A DNA stretch of 52,316 bases from a virus (taxonomy: Duplodnaviria; Caudoviricetes). Under the pieces are notes generated by a model, which was not told the origin of the DNA, ran no database searches, and worked only from the letters and a program-made list of their open reading frames with translations. Of this stretch, positions 18,042 to 27,688 are shown one piece after another (position 1 is the stretch's first letter; each line of letters starts with the position of its first letter). The stretch covers positions 1 through 52,316 of the IMG/VR virus record IMGVR_UViG_3300032278_000012; one strand, written 5' to 3'. The translations under genes and the position numbers were made by a program.

Positions 18042-20295
18042 CTACCTCAATTCCAACAGGAAGGTCTTCCTGTATTACATCCTCTATTTTTCCATCCATT
18101 GTATTCTGATAATATGCAGTCTTCCATCCATATTTATATGTAGTCAACAAGTCCTTTGCCATGACTGAGATTGGCACCTCATGATTATCATAATGTTCGG
18201 GATTGTATGACCAATTTCCACTGATGGACTGATCAAAAAACTTTTGCATCACTGAAACAATATTAATATACCCCTCATTGTCTTTCATATCCCATAATAA
18301 TGTATAATTATTCTTCAAATGTTGATACTGTGGAACCACCTGTTTTAAAGTTCCCCTTTTACTCTTTTTAACACTGATATAGTCTCGTGGGGGTTCTACT
18401 CCATTCGTTGCATTAGAGACCACTGAGGAGCTCTCAGAGGGCATCTGAGAAGATAGTGTAGAGTGTCTTAGACCATGGTCTAAAATTGACTTTCTGAGCT
18501 TCTCCCAGTCACATTTTAACTTAAATTTACCCAATGTATCCACATCTTTCTTATAGGTATCAATGGGTAGTATTCCTTGTGAATACTTGGTTCTATCGAA
18601 CCACTCACATGCACCTTTTTCTTCTGCAACTGCATTAGACGCCTTCAATAATGAATACTGAAACTGTTCAGACAGTTCATGGACTAAATCTAATGCAACA
18701 GGGTCTTCATATTTGACCTTATTCTTTGCAAGAAAATGTGCAAGTCCAATATAACCAATACCCAATGAACGTCTGTTTTGGGTTGAAACCTCTGCAGCCT
18801 TCACTGGGTATTTTTGATGATCTATCAGTTCTTCAAGACCTCTCACTGATAAATCACACAAGTTATCAAGTTCTTCTAACTTAATAATTCCAACATTAAT
18901 TGCACTTAAAATGCAGAGTGCAATCTCTCCCTCTCCATCAATATGTTGAATCGGGTCTGTTGGTAAAGTAATCTCTTGACAAAGATTTGACATGTTCACT
19001 TTGTCAAGAAAACTACTATGAGTATTGGCATGATCTATGTTCATGACATAGATTCTACCTGTCTCTGCTCTTTCTTTTAAGATATCAGTGATCAGTTCTC
19101 TTGCACTAACTTTCTTCTTAGGTATGGAAGTTGCTCTTTCATACTTCTCATAAAGTTCATCAAACTCATCTGTTCCAAATGCCTCATAGAGACCTTCGAC
19201 ATGATGAGGTGAGAATAATGTAATATCTTGATTGTTAAGGAACCTTTCATAAAAGAGTTTAGACATCTGAATTGAGTAATCCAGTTTCCTTACTCTGTTG
19301 TCTTCGGTTCCTTTATTGTTCTTTAGAACAATAATATCTTCAATCTCTTGATGCCAAATTGGAAAATGCACGGTTGCACTTCCACCTCTAACACCATTCT
19401 GAGTGCAACATCTAACTGTTGACTCATATTTTTTTAAGAAGGGGATCACTCCTGTGTGTTGGACTTCTCCACCCCTTATCTTTGATCCTAATCCTCTAAT
19501 CCTTCCTGCGTTGATTCCAATACCTGCTCTCTGTGCAACGTATTTTCCAATTGCATTGTCTGATGAGAATATTGAATCAAGTGTATCATCTACATCCACT
19601 AAGACACAACTTGCAAATTGTTTAAGTGGTGTTCTTACCCCTGCCATGATTGGAGTTGGTATGTTAATTTTAAATGTTGAAATTGCATCATAATATCTCT
19701 TGACGTAATCTAAACGAGTCTCTTTCGAATATCTCTGAAAGAGTGTCATTGCAATTAACATATACATGAACTGTGGTGTTTCAAAAACATGACCTGATGA
19801 TCTATCTTGAACCAAATACTTGTCTACAATTTGTTGAAGACCTGCCCAAGTGAAATCTAAATCTCTACCATGTTTAATGTATGCGTCCAGTGATTCTATC
19901 TCTGAACTGGAATACTTTCTTAAAATCTCACCATCGTAAACACCCTGTGTGATGTTTCTTTCTACGATGTCTAATAATGACGGATAAATCTCTGCATCTT
20001 TCCACTTAGTGTTGAATACCTGTTTCTGAATTGCAAACAATAAAAGTCTTGCCGCAACGAATTGGTAATTAGGATTGTCTAATGAAATTAAGTCTGATGC
20101 AGATCGGACTAAAATGTTTTGAATGTCCTTAGTGGTGATACCATCGTAGAATTGTAAACCACTGTTCATTTCTACTAATGATTCACTAACCCCTGTGATT
20201 CCTCTACAGGATTTTTCTACCATTCTATGAATCTTTTCTAAGTCTATCCCGACTCTCTTTCCATCGGACTTAATGACCTTCATTTCTGAATTCAT
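18004..20295 (-). CDS. nrdA: Ribonucleotide reductase class Ia alpha subunit with ATP cone
   Basis: VIKSDG ATP cone, QFASCVL, SNLCQEI, LCILSA, KTAYY, C-terminal CETC. Confidence 0.98.
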   Translation of the reverse strand: MNSEMKVIKSDGKRVGIDLEKIHRMVEKSCRGITGVSESLVEMNSGLQFYDGITTKDIQNILVRSASDLISLDNPNYQFVAARLLLFAIQKQVFNTKWKDAEIYPSLLDIVERNITQGVYDGEILRKYSSSEIESLDAYIKHGRDLDFTWAGLQQIVDKYLVQDRSSGHVFETPQFMYMLIAMTLFQRYSKETRLDYVKRYYDAISTFKINIPTPIMAGVRTPLKQFASCVLVDVDDTLDSIFSSDNAIGKYVAQRAGIGINAGRIRGLGSKIRGGEVQHTGVIPFLKKYESTVRCCTQNGVRGGSATVHFPIWHQEIEDIIVLKNNKGTEDNRVRKLDYSIQMSKLFYERFLNNQDITLFSPHHVEGLYEAFGTDEFDELYEKYERATSIPKKKVSARELITDILKERAETGRIYVMNIDHANTHSSFLDKVNMSNLCQEITLPTDPIQHIDGEGEIALCILSAINVGIIKLEELDNLCDLSVRGLEELIDHQKYPVKAAEVSTQNRRSLGIGYIGLAHFLAKNKVKYEDPVALDLVHELSEQFQYSLLKASNAVAEEKGACEWFDRTKYSQGILPIDTYKKDVDTLGKFKLKCDWEKLRKSILDHGLRHSTLSSQMPSESSSVVSNATNGVEPPRDYISVKKSKRGTLKQVVPQYQHLKNNYTLLWDMKDNEGYINIVSVMQKFFDQSISGNWSYNPEHYDNHEVPISVMAKDLLTTYKYGWKTAYYQNTMDGKIEDVIQEDLPVGIEVDDDGDECETCAI

Positions 20296-21317
20296 ATCTT
20301 TTTATACTCCGTCAATTTCAGTTTTGCTGAAAGACCATCAAATATTGAAGTATTAATAATATCAAGAATCACACTCTGACTTAACCCATTCATAATCATT
20401 TCATTAACATCTTTTAAATCACTCACCCTTTTGTCGTTCCATATACAAACTTTATAACCAAGATCAATCACCTCTTTAAGTTTTTTGACTATCTCTCTAC
20501 TACGAGGTTCATTATCAAAAATGATTACTGCATTGTCTTTGATACTATTGTCTAATTTCTTAAAGTCACTACCACCGACTGCAATACTGTTTGGTAGGAA
20601 TAAACTGTCTATCGGCCCTTCTGTCACATAGACGGTTTTAGTTTTGTCCACTCTATTAATGTTGTAGATAAGTGGAACATCCTCTAGGAATTTCATTGTT
20701 AAGTATCTTAATGGTGAGTCATTAATCGCTCGACCTGATACTCCAACTAATTCCCCACTCTCTGAAAAGAATGGCAATACGATTCTTGGGTCATTTCCTA
20801 AAACTCTATCTTCATATTTCTTCGATAAATTCGACAAATGTTGTGAATTATCGACATAGAAGAGTTCTTTTATTTTCTCGTCAGGAATCTTTCTGTGTTG
20901 AAGATAATCTCTAGAAACAATCTTGTCCCATGCTGGCCAACAGACTGCCCTGAGTGTCTCAACACTGATATTTAGTAAATCTTGTTTTGGAGTAAACTTG
21001 AATTCGTTGGAAGAAGGCATCTTTTTTACCTTCGGTGTTACCCCTGATTCTTTTAACCATTCAACCAAATATTCTCGATGAATGGTAGGGAAATTATCCT
21101 TAAGAAAATGGACTGTAGAGGTTGCCTTGCCACAATTGTGACACTTATAGACAAAGTTTTGTTCCACCACAAAATGATATCCCCTCGCTTTGTAGTCATT
21201 CTTTTTAGAATCACCACAATAGGGACATCTGTGATTTAATGTATTATCACCCTTCCATTTGGCTTGATCCAAGTGAACCAATGCCATAGAAAGATACTTT
21301 CTTTCTAACCATAGCAT
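20292..21317 (-). CDS. DNA primase (T4 gp61-like)
   Basis: CPYCGDS...CHNC Zn finger, YVTEGPIDSLF, FDNEPR, KDVN TOPRIM motifs. Confidence 0.95.
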   Translation of the reverse strand: MLWLERKYLSMALVHLDQAKWKGDNTLNHRCPYCGDSKKNDYKARGYHFVVEQNFVYKCHNCGKATSTVHFLKDNFPTIHREYLVEWLKESGVTPKVKKMPSSNEFKFTPKQDLLNISVETLRAVCWPAWDKIVSRDYLQHRKIPDEKIKELFYVDNSQHLSNLSKKYEDRVLGNDPRIVLPFFSESGELVGVSGRAINDSPLRYLTMKFLEDVPLIYNINRVDKTKTVYVTEGPIDSLFLPNSIAVGGSDFKKLDNSIKDNAVIIFDNEPRSREIVKKLKEVIDLGYKVCIWNDKRVSDLKDVNEMIMNGLSQSVILDIINTSIFDGLSAKLKLTEYKKI

Positions 21318-21359
21318 TATACTATTATACTATGATTAGGGTATCTTTACAAGATGGTT

Positions 21360-21590
21360 TTAGGTTATTTCTGCAAGTCTTGCGTCGAGTTTTGCAATTT
21401 GAGTATTATAAGACTCCATTGCTACATCGTAAGATGCAACTGCAGCTTCAAGTGCTTCATCTTCCAAATCATCACCATATGAAGGAACTTCTAGTTCTTC
21501 TTTGGCTGCTGTAAGTTTAGCAATTTCTTCTGAATGATCTACTTCTACTTCTTCTGTTACTTCTTCGACTACTGTTTCTTCGTCTGCCAT
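21360..21590 (-). CDS. Small acidic coiled-coil protein (late)
   Basis: GGAG RBS; TAAATA late-type element at ~21620. Confidence 0.65.
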   Translation of the reverse strand: MADEETVVEEVTEEVEVDHSEEIAKLTAAKEELEVPSYGDDLEDEALEAAVASYDVAMESYNTQIAKLDARLAEIT

Positions 21591-21628
21591 GATTACTCCG
21601 TTATTAAAGTTTATTACTTATTTATGTA

Positions 21629-22390
21629 TTAAAAATGTTCCTCAGATCGTTTTGTTAGAACTTCACAACTATTTTGGGTTACTACAAGAGTATGTTCCCA
21701 TTGTGCAGAATTCTTTCCATCTACTGTTTCTACTGTCCAATCGTCTGATAAAACTTTAGTGTCATAAGTTCCTGCGTTGATCATAGGTTCAATGGTGAGA
21801 CACATACCTTTTCTCAACTGGAATCCTGTTCCACGTTCTCCGTAATGTAAGACCTTTGGAAAGTCATGATAAATCTCTCCAATCCCATGCCCACCGTAAT
21901 TTCTAACAACTGAATATCCATTTTCCTCTGCATGTTGTTGAATTGCATTGCCTATGTCACCCAAATATGCACCGTCTCTTACTTCTTTTATTCCTTTATA
22001 AAGACACTCTTGAGTAACTCTTACCAACCTATCCTCGTTTGGTTGAGTGTTACCCACTAAAAACATCTTAGAAGTGTCACCGTGAAAACCATCTTTCTTT
22101 ACAGTGACATCAATGTTTAGAATATCACCATGTTTTAATGTCTGATTATAGATAGGAATACCATGACAGACAACATGATTTACACTGGAACAGATTGTTT
22201 TTTCAAAACCTGTGTATCCAAGATTAGCAGGAACTGCACCTTGTTTACGAACTATGTAATTATAACACATGTAATCAAGTTCACCAGTTGATATGCCTGG
22301 CAAGACTTCATCAGTTATCATGTCCAAGACTTCTGCCGCAAGTCTCCCTGCGATTCTCATCTTCTCTATATCAGCGGGTGATTTTATCAT
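21629..22390 (-). CDS. map: Methionine aminopeptidase type I
   Basis: SVNHVVCHGIP, NIDVTV, HGDTS, GHGIG..YH, TIEPMIN, AQWEHT. Confidence 0.95.
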   Translation of the reverse strand: MIKSPADIEKMRIAGRLAAEVLDMITDEVLPGISTGELDYMCYNYIVRKQGAVPANLGYTGFEKTICSSVNHVVCHGIPIYNQTLKHGDILNIDVTVKKDGFHGDTSKMFLVGNTQPNEDRLVRVTQECLYKGIKEVRDGAYLGDIGNAIQQHAEENGYSVVRNYGGHGIGEIYHDFPKVLHYGERGTGFQLRKGMCLTIEPMINAGTYDTKVLSDDWTVETVDGKNSAQWEHTLVVTQNSCEVLTKRSEEHF

Positions 22391-23567
22391 TGACCTTCGG
22401 AAGTTTGTCTTTTGGAATCTGTAGAACGTATCTGTTCTCAACCACTGGTGGTGGTTTATGATATTGACCTTGAGGTCTTGCAATTAATCCTGTTGAAGTA
22501 ATCAAAAGTAACACAGCCAATGGGTCAAACACGAAAATGATTGCATAAATGACCGCTCTAACTGCATTGTCAAGGTACTTGACAGACTCTTCTTCTCCAT
22601 AAATCACCTCTGCAAGATACTTAATCGGGCCTATTTCCTTCTCAAATCCAAGTATTTCCTGTTCATGAACAAATCTTTCATCTCTTAACTCTGATATTAT
22701 AACATAAATGTCATCAATCTCCGAGTTGATTTCGTCAGTTTTTCCAATTACCTCATTTTGTCCTGAATTATTTAAAGTTTGAAGTCGCTGTATTTCGGTG
22801 TTTGAAGTGTTTATAGTGTCTTGTGCCTGTTGTCTGTAGGTGTCAATGGTTGTCTGTAATTTATCTATTTGTGCATTTGCATCCAGTTGGAGTTTATCTC
22901 TCTGAGGTTGTTGATCCTTTCTTACTTGAATACCTAGTGCAACATTATCCGTGATCTCTCTATTGAATGCACTTCCTGATGTGACTGTTCCCTGTTCTGT
23001 ATAACTCTTGACAATCTCATCTAGTGCATCTATGTCTTCTTTAAGTCTTCCACGGATATCATCTATCTGTCCCTGTGCATAATCTATATCACCTTGAACC
23101 CTGTCCCATGCACCATCTCTTATTGTTTCCTGTGCATTAACACTGTCTGTTATGTCAAATTGACCCCTACCAAGTGTATCAAGTCTTGTGGTAAGGGTCT
23201 TAATTTTGTTTTCTTGTCTTAGGATTTGAGTGTTGTATCGATCAACTTCTGCTTGTGATGATGCAGTTGCATAAGAAGTGTCTGAAGATGCTTTTGCAAG
23301 GTATCCAAAAATACCCAATGAGGTGATCAACATGAGAATAATGACTGCCCCAACCATGAAATATTTTTGGTAGTTGAGTCTGTCCCAAACTATGTGTAGG
23401 TATGCAGCGGTGACAAGTTTACCAAATTCCAATACACCTGTCATGATCACAATTCCTAACCATGCACCAGCAAAAATGGTTGCAAGACCAAGGACTGAGA
23501 AATATGCAGCGATAGATGCAATTGAGATTGCACTGAACAAAGCAAGGTAGTTCAAAAATTTAATCAT
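22371..23567 (-). CDS. Membrane protein with long coiled coil
   Basis: 3 N-terminal TM helices (LEFGKL, TSLGIFGYL), ~230 aa coiled coil, C-terminal TM (IIFVFDPLAV). Confidence 0.75.
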   Translation of the reverse strand: MIKFLNYLALFSAISIASIAAYFSVLGLATIFAGAWLGIVIMTGVLEFGKLVTAAYLHIVWDRLNYQKYFMVGAVIILMLITSLGIFGYLAKASSDTSYATASSQAEVDRYNTQILRQENKIKTLTTRLDTLGRGQFDITDSVNAQETIRDGAWDRVQGDIDYAQGQIDDIRGRLKEDIDALDEIVKSYTEQGTVTSGSAFNREITDNVALGIQVRKDQQPQRDKLQLDANAQIDKLQTTIDTYRQQAQDTINTSNTEIQRLQTLNNSGQNEVIGKTDEINSEIDDIYVIISELRDERFVHEQEILGFEKEIGPIKYLAEVIYGEEESVKYLDNAVRAVIYAIIFVFDPLAVLLLITSTGLIARPQGQYHKPPPVVENRYVLQIPKDKLPKVNDKITR

Positions 23568-23576
23568 AATGTAAGG

Positions 23577-23741
23577 TTACTTCTTTTCTAAGGCAGCTCT
23601 TTTCCAAATCTCATATTGTTTCTTTTTCTTTTTCTTTCTTACTATGGGTTGATCTGTGGACACAGCAACCCCTGTTGCATTAATAGGTGCATCTTCTTCT
23701 ATGGATTCGTTAAATTGCTTGAATGTTTTAATATAAGTCAT
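23577..23741 (-). CDS. Small protein with capsid-targeting-like N-terminus (54 aa, not in ORF track)
   Basis: MTYIKTFKQFNESIEEDAPINATG...RKKKKKKQYEIWKR. Confidence 0.7.
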   Translation of the reverse strand: MTYIKTFKQFNESIEEDAPINATGVAVSTDQPIVRKKKKKKQYEIWKRAALEKK

Positions 23742-24321
23742 CTGCTGTTACCAATACTCTGTCACCTTGAATGAAACCGACATATAAATTTATACCGTAA
23801 ATTGCACTATGTTCTGCTACCACATCAATCTCTTCTTTCAGTGGATATATTCTCGCATTTTGTTCTAAAGGTCTCCTTAATCTATACTTAATACCTGTTC
23901 CAACTGTAGTCAATTCATTGATCTCTACCAGTTGTTGTGTAGTAAGCATGTCATTATCCCTTAGATAATTATAAAATCTTTCACATAATTCATTTGCTTG
24001 TTCTTCATCCAGTTCACACTCTTCCTTCAATAGTGCAAGTGCAACTGCGTATGATGCAAATACGGTTTTCCCAAATGGGACTTTACTTATTATCCTCTTG
24101 AGATTAAAAACTAACCTTGTTAAAGGTGTTATTGTTGCCTTCTCTTCTTTTGTTGACGGATCATTAGGAATCCATTGTTGTTTATTGTCGGGATGTCTTT
24201 TCGACTTAATTCTTGCTCCCTTTTTATCAATAAACCCCATCTTATATGCAGGCATATCTTCCCACTTAGTGGTCAACATTTTAAGAATACGAAATACAAT
24301 TAATGTGTCTATAACTCTCAT
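23728..24321 (-). CDS. Conserved T4-like hypothetical (probable virion) protein
   Basis: FRILKMLT..W....AYK.G.ID..G...RLVFNLKR pattern recalled from marine T4-like phages; late promoter 5 nt upstream. Confidence 0.65.
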   Translation of the reverse strand: MRVIDTLIVFRILKMLTTKWEDMPAYKMGFIDKKGARIKSKRHPDNKQQWIPNDPSTKEEKATITPLTRLVFNLKRIISKVPFGKTVFASYAVALALLKEECELDEEQANELCERFYNYLRDNDMLTTQQLVEINELTTVGTGIKYRLRRPLEQNARIYPLKEEIDVVAEHSAIYGINLYVGFIQGDRVLVTADDLY

Positions 24322-24345
24322 ATATCTATTTATGCATTAAGAATG

Positions 24346-24422
24346 TGGAGCTGGTGGTCAGATTCGAACTGACGACCTGAGGTTTACAAAACCCCTGCTC
24401 TGGCCAACTGAGCTACACCAGC
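24346..24422 (-). tRNA. tRNA-Thr(UGU)
   Basis: GCTGGTGTAGCTCAGTTGGCCAGAGCA-GGGGT-TTTGTAA-ACCTC-AGGTC-GTCAGTTCGAATCTGAC-CACCAGCTCCA. Confidence 0.95.
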
Positions 24423-24794
24423 TTAGAGGTCTCGGAGTCTTTGTGTAAGTTCATCATCTAAGGGAATGTCTGTTTTCCACCCCTCTTCAACATATCCTAA
24501 GAAAAGGAACATAGTTTTGAGAGATGACCAATAGTTATCCTCTTTGATTTTGAATTCTAACATCCTCATGCATGGATCGAATCCAAATACATTGAAGAGT
24601 GTTATTAAATGATTTAACATGAGACGTTCTCTCAGTTCACCATTTTCATGGTATCTGTGGAGAAGTCGTTTGAGGTATCTGAATCTACGAACATCCTCTT
24701 GGAAGTCCTGAATGTCGATACATTGAGGGTCATCATAGTAACTTAAGGCAAAAGCCTGAAAGTTCTTGACTGTGAGTTTTTCAAAATCACTCAT
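24423..24794 (-). CDS. Conserved T4-like hypothetical protein
   Basis: YDDPQC...F.ED..RF.Y.KRL...RL.LNH...NVFG pattern. Confidence 0.7.
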   Translation of the reverse strand: MSDFEKLTVKNFQAFALSYYDDPQCIDIQDFQEDVRRFRYLKRLLHRYHENGELRERLMLNHLITLFNVFGFDPCMRMLEFKIKEDNYWSSLKTMFLFLGYVEEGWKTDIPLDDELTQRLRDL

Positions 24795-24826
24795 AATATA
24801 ATGATATTTAGTTGTTTAAGTTTGAC

Positions 24827-25237
24827 TTAAACTAGAGAACCGTAGACTTTATAACTACCTGTATCTAACTTTTCGTATCTGACTGAGAGATTAACTATTC
24901 TCTCTTCGACTTCAATCTCATCATGAGGTGTGTCTACTGTCTTACCGAAAATATCACCATATCTTTTGAATGGGATTTCAATTGCACCGTTTTCACCGAT
25001 TTCAACATCATCCATTGCACCTTCCACCATTGCAAGTCCAAGTAATGAAAGTTTTGCTTCCATTTGATTGAACGCTGCTTCGGGATTCAAGTATTCCAAT
25101 GTTGCTGTTGCACCGAGAATTGCATTAATTTTTTGAACGACAGCAGGGTCATCTATATCGTGTGGGATATGTTCAGAGGATAATGCCGCACTTGGATATA
25201 TCCCTGCTTCTTCTGTAAATTGTTTAAATCTTTTCAT
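24827..25237 (-). CDS. Putative internal head protein
   Basis: Starts MKRFKQFTEE, resembling the T4 capsid targeting sequence. Confidence 0.6.
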   Translation of the reverse strand: MKRFKQFTEEAGIYPSAALSSEHIPHDIDDPAVVQKINAILGATATLEYLNPEAAFNQMEAKLSLLGLAMVEGAMDDVEIGENGAIEIPFKRYGDIFGKTVDTPHDEIEVEERIVNLSVRYEKLDTGSYKVYGSLV

Positions 25238-25299
25238 ATTTTTCCTTAAGCTATATGTGACCTATAGAACTCCATATACATGTAGTTCCTAATCATATA

Positions 25300-25878
25300 T
25301 TATGCTACTACTGTAATTGTTCCAGCAAGTGTTCCGATACCAGCTACGGAAGTAATGGTTGCATTACCACCACCAACTGTATCTACTATTGTTGAACCAC
25401 CAGCGTGAGCTACAGCATTTGCACCAACACTCAATACATCATCTGCATTAGTAGCTGCGTTTGCTGCTGCTATTACAAGATTAAATGTAAGTTGGTTAGT
25501 TGTTGAACCTGATGCGTATACTAATACATGTGGCCCTCTACCTGAACCTGAACCTTCGTTTCCGTTGGTTACAGATAAAGTAGGTGAACCTGTTACAGTT
25601 ACCGCTTCGTTATAACTTACTGTTGCAGATAGTGTTCCACCAGCAGATTTGTCAAATGCTGTTGATACCCAATCTATTGCAGTAATGTCTGCTTGTCCAA
25701 TATCTGTTGCAAGACCTGTATTACTTCCAACTGCGACTAAAAGTTCCTCTAGAGTTCTTGCCCCTACAGTTTTTCTTAGCACCCAACCGGCTGCGCTTGC
25801 AAAAGTGTTTGATTTATCTGTTGCTGATAACCATTTAGGTTTTGCTTCGTCAGCGTCTGATACTCCCCATAATGCCAT
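25300..25878 (-). CDS. Virion structural/decoration protein with Ig-like C-terminal domain
   Basis: MALWG...GWV...ELLVA N-terminus; Ala/Gly/Thr/Ser-rich VSYNEAVTVTGSPTL...YASGSTTNQLTF. Confidence 0.65.
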   Translation of the reverse strand: MALWGVSDADEAKPKWLSATDKSNTFASAAGWVLRKTVGARTLEELLVAVGSNTGLATDIGQADITAIDWVSTAFDKSAGGTLSATVSYNEAVTVTGSPTLSVTNGNEGSGSGRGPHVLVYASGSTTNQLTFNLVIAAANAATNADDVLSVGANAVAHAGGSTIVDTVGGGNATITSVAGIGTLAGTITVVA

Positions 25879-25892
25879 TTGTTTATCCTCTC

Positions 25893-26435
25893 TTATGCTA
25901 CTCTTAGAATAGCGTTAAACGTCTTTTTAAAGGATTTTTGATCCTTTCTTAAAAGTCTTAAGTATTTAGACCTCGGTGATGGTTTAAGAGTCAATAAAGC
26001 ATCTTTTACTTTTACTGCATCTTTCCATTTAACCTTGGTTTTCTTCATATCATCTGTCCTAACATCGGTATCTCGTTTAGTGTCTTCCATACCTTTTAGT
26101 TGCATTAATACGTCTGCATCAGGTCTGAGTTGCATTCCTTTTGCACCTTTTGAATCCATTGCATCCATTGCTGTCTGCACTACGTCATCATCTCCTGCTT
26201 CGGAATACTTCCCACCTGCCATCTTAGAGATTTTCTCTAATTTGGACTTAAGTTCTTTTTCATTCTTGCTCTGTGCAACTGCACGAGCAACTTTCTTATT
26301 GCCTGCATCGGACATCATGCCGAAGTCTGCAATAACTTCCATCACGTTATTGACCTTTTTAGCCTGATCTTTAATGTATCCGAGTTTTGCTATTTTCTCT
26401 TTAAAGATACGGTATCTTGCATCAAGTCTATCCAT
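25893..26435 (-). CDS. Lys-rich mosaic protein (putative internal head protein)
   Basis: N-terminal DAR...FKEK..KLGY module shared with 27689-29770. Confidence 0.6.
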   Translation of the reverse strand: MDRLDARYRIFKEKIAKLGYIKDQAKKVNNVMEVIADFGMMSDAGNKKVARAVAQSKNEKELKSKLEKISKMAGGKYSEAGDDDVVQTAMDAMDSKGAKGMQLRPDADVLMQLKGMEDTKRDTDVRTDDMKKTKVKWKDAVKVKDALLTLKPSPRSKYLRLLRKDQKSFKKTFNAILRVA

Positions 26436-26440
26436 GATGA

Positions 26441-26752
26441 CTAATCCGACTCGTTATCGCCTTTCCAGTTCTTGTCAACGTAGTCGTAAAATTCTTTTTC
26501 TTTGTCCCCTTTTAATTCGGCTGGAGACTTAACACCAAATTTCTTTAGTGCAGATTGAAAAAACTTCTGATATTCGGCTTTGTCACCAGTAACTTCTTTG
26601 ACTGGTGCATCTTTAACTGTTGTTCCACTTCCTTTTCTGCCGTCTTTTTCAGCAACTCTTCGTCTTGAACCGTCTGCCTTAATCCACTCAGTTGCAAGTC
26701 TTTCTTTAACTGCGTCAATTAGACCTTTTGGTAAACTTTTTATATCGTTCAT
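26441..26752 (-). CDS. Hypothetical protein (putative head-associated)
   Basis: C-terminal EYQKFFQSALKKFGVKSPAEL...FYDYVDKNWK domain. Confidence 0.6.
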   Translation of the reverse strand: MNDIKSLPKGLIDAVKERLATEWIKADGSRRRVAEKDGRKGSGTTVKDAPVKEVTGDKAEYQKFFQSALKKFGVKSPAELKGDKEKEFYDYVDKNWKGDNESD

Positions 26753-27339
26753 TGTTTTAATTCCCCTTTTTCAAAATAATTGAAAAGTTGTTCTTTACCC
26801 TGTTCATTAAGTTGCAACTGTTTTGACAGACGACCTAACATGTTTCTTTCCATGAGTTTTTCAACCGTTTTTTCAAGATTGTGTGGTTTTTCTTCCACTT
26901 CTTCTGCAATAAACCCTGTTCCATCGCAGTTTGGACACGTTTCTTGTCCTGATTCAGAGACTTCTACTGTTTCAGTAGGTTTTTCTACTTGTTCCCCATC
27001 GATTTCTTTCAAAAGTAATTCGATTTCTTCGGTAACTGAGGGCTCTTTTACACTTTCATCCATATCATCTAACAAACCATCAATAACTTGATCTGCATGA
27101 TCAGGATCATCAGTCTTAATTAAACCATGATCATAGGCATGTCTCAATAATGCCATCTGTAAAGGACTTCTATCTTTAGGGAAACTTCCTTTTAGTTTGG
27201 CAAGTTCTCTCTTATATTTCTTTTTAATTTGATCGAGAGACATTGACTTTCCTTCGTCAATTGCCACCGTTGCAACTTCTTGCACATGTTCACGAACTTG
27301 TTTAAGTTTATCGTGCCAGTTTTCTGATTTATAACTCAT
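26749..27339 (-). CDS. Mosaic Glu/Lys-rich protein
   Basis: Late promoter TATAAATA 5 nt before the ATG; internal CPNCDGTG motif. Confidence 0.65.
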   Translation of the reverse strand: MSYKSENWHDKLKQVREHVQEVATVAIDEGKSMSLDQIKKKYKRELAKLKGSFPKDRSPLQMALLRHAYDHGLIKTDDPDHADQVIDGLLDDMDESVKEPSVTEEIELLLKEIDGEQVEKPTETVEVSESGQETCPNCDGTGFIAEEVEEKPHNLEKTVEKLMERNMLGRLSKQLQLNEQGKEQLFNYFEKGELKQ

Positions 27340-27347
27340 AGTCTTAT

Positions 27348-27671
27348 TTATAATATTGTTTTCTTTAGATACGGATGATAATGTTCTTCTATCCTTATCA
27401 CTAAATCATCAACACCCTTTTGTAATTGACATTTTCCTTGTTTGGGAAGATGATAATCTATTCCCACTTTAAACTCTATAGATGGTCTATCTTCCACTAA
27501 AAATTTCCATCCGTTTCCTTGTAAAATATGTATAGTTCTTGATCTAGTGTCTGAACGATACCACGTTAGGTCTCGTTGATCTATATTCTTTGAAAAGGTT
27601 CTGATACGATATTCTCGTCCAGTCCCATGTTTCTCTTGAACTGTCTCAGTGTATGGTAACACGTTTGCCAT
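27348..27671 (-). CDS. Cupin-like protein, degenerate metal site
   Basis: IRTF...LTWYRSD...IHILQGNGWKF; AGGAG RBS before MANVLPY. Confidence 0.55.
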   Translation of the reverse strand: MANVLPYTETVQEKHGTGREYRIRTFSKNIDQRDLTWYRSDTRSRTIHILQGNGWKFLVEDRPSIEFKVGIDYHLPKQGKCQLQKGVDDLVIRIEEHYHPYLKKTIL

Positions 27672-27688
27672 CACTGTCTTACTCCTAT

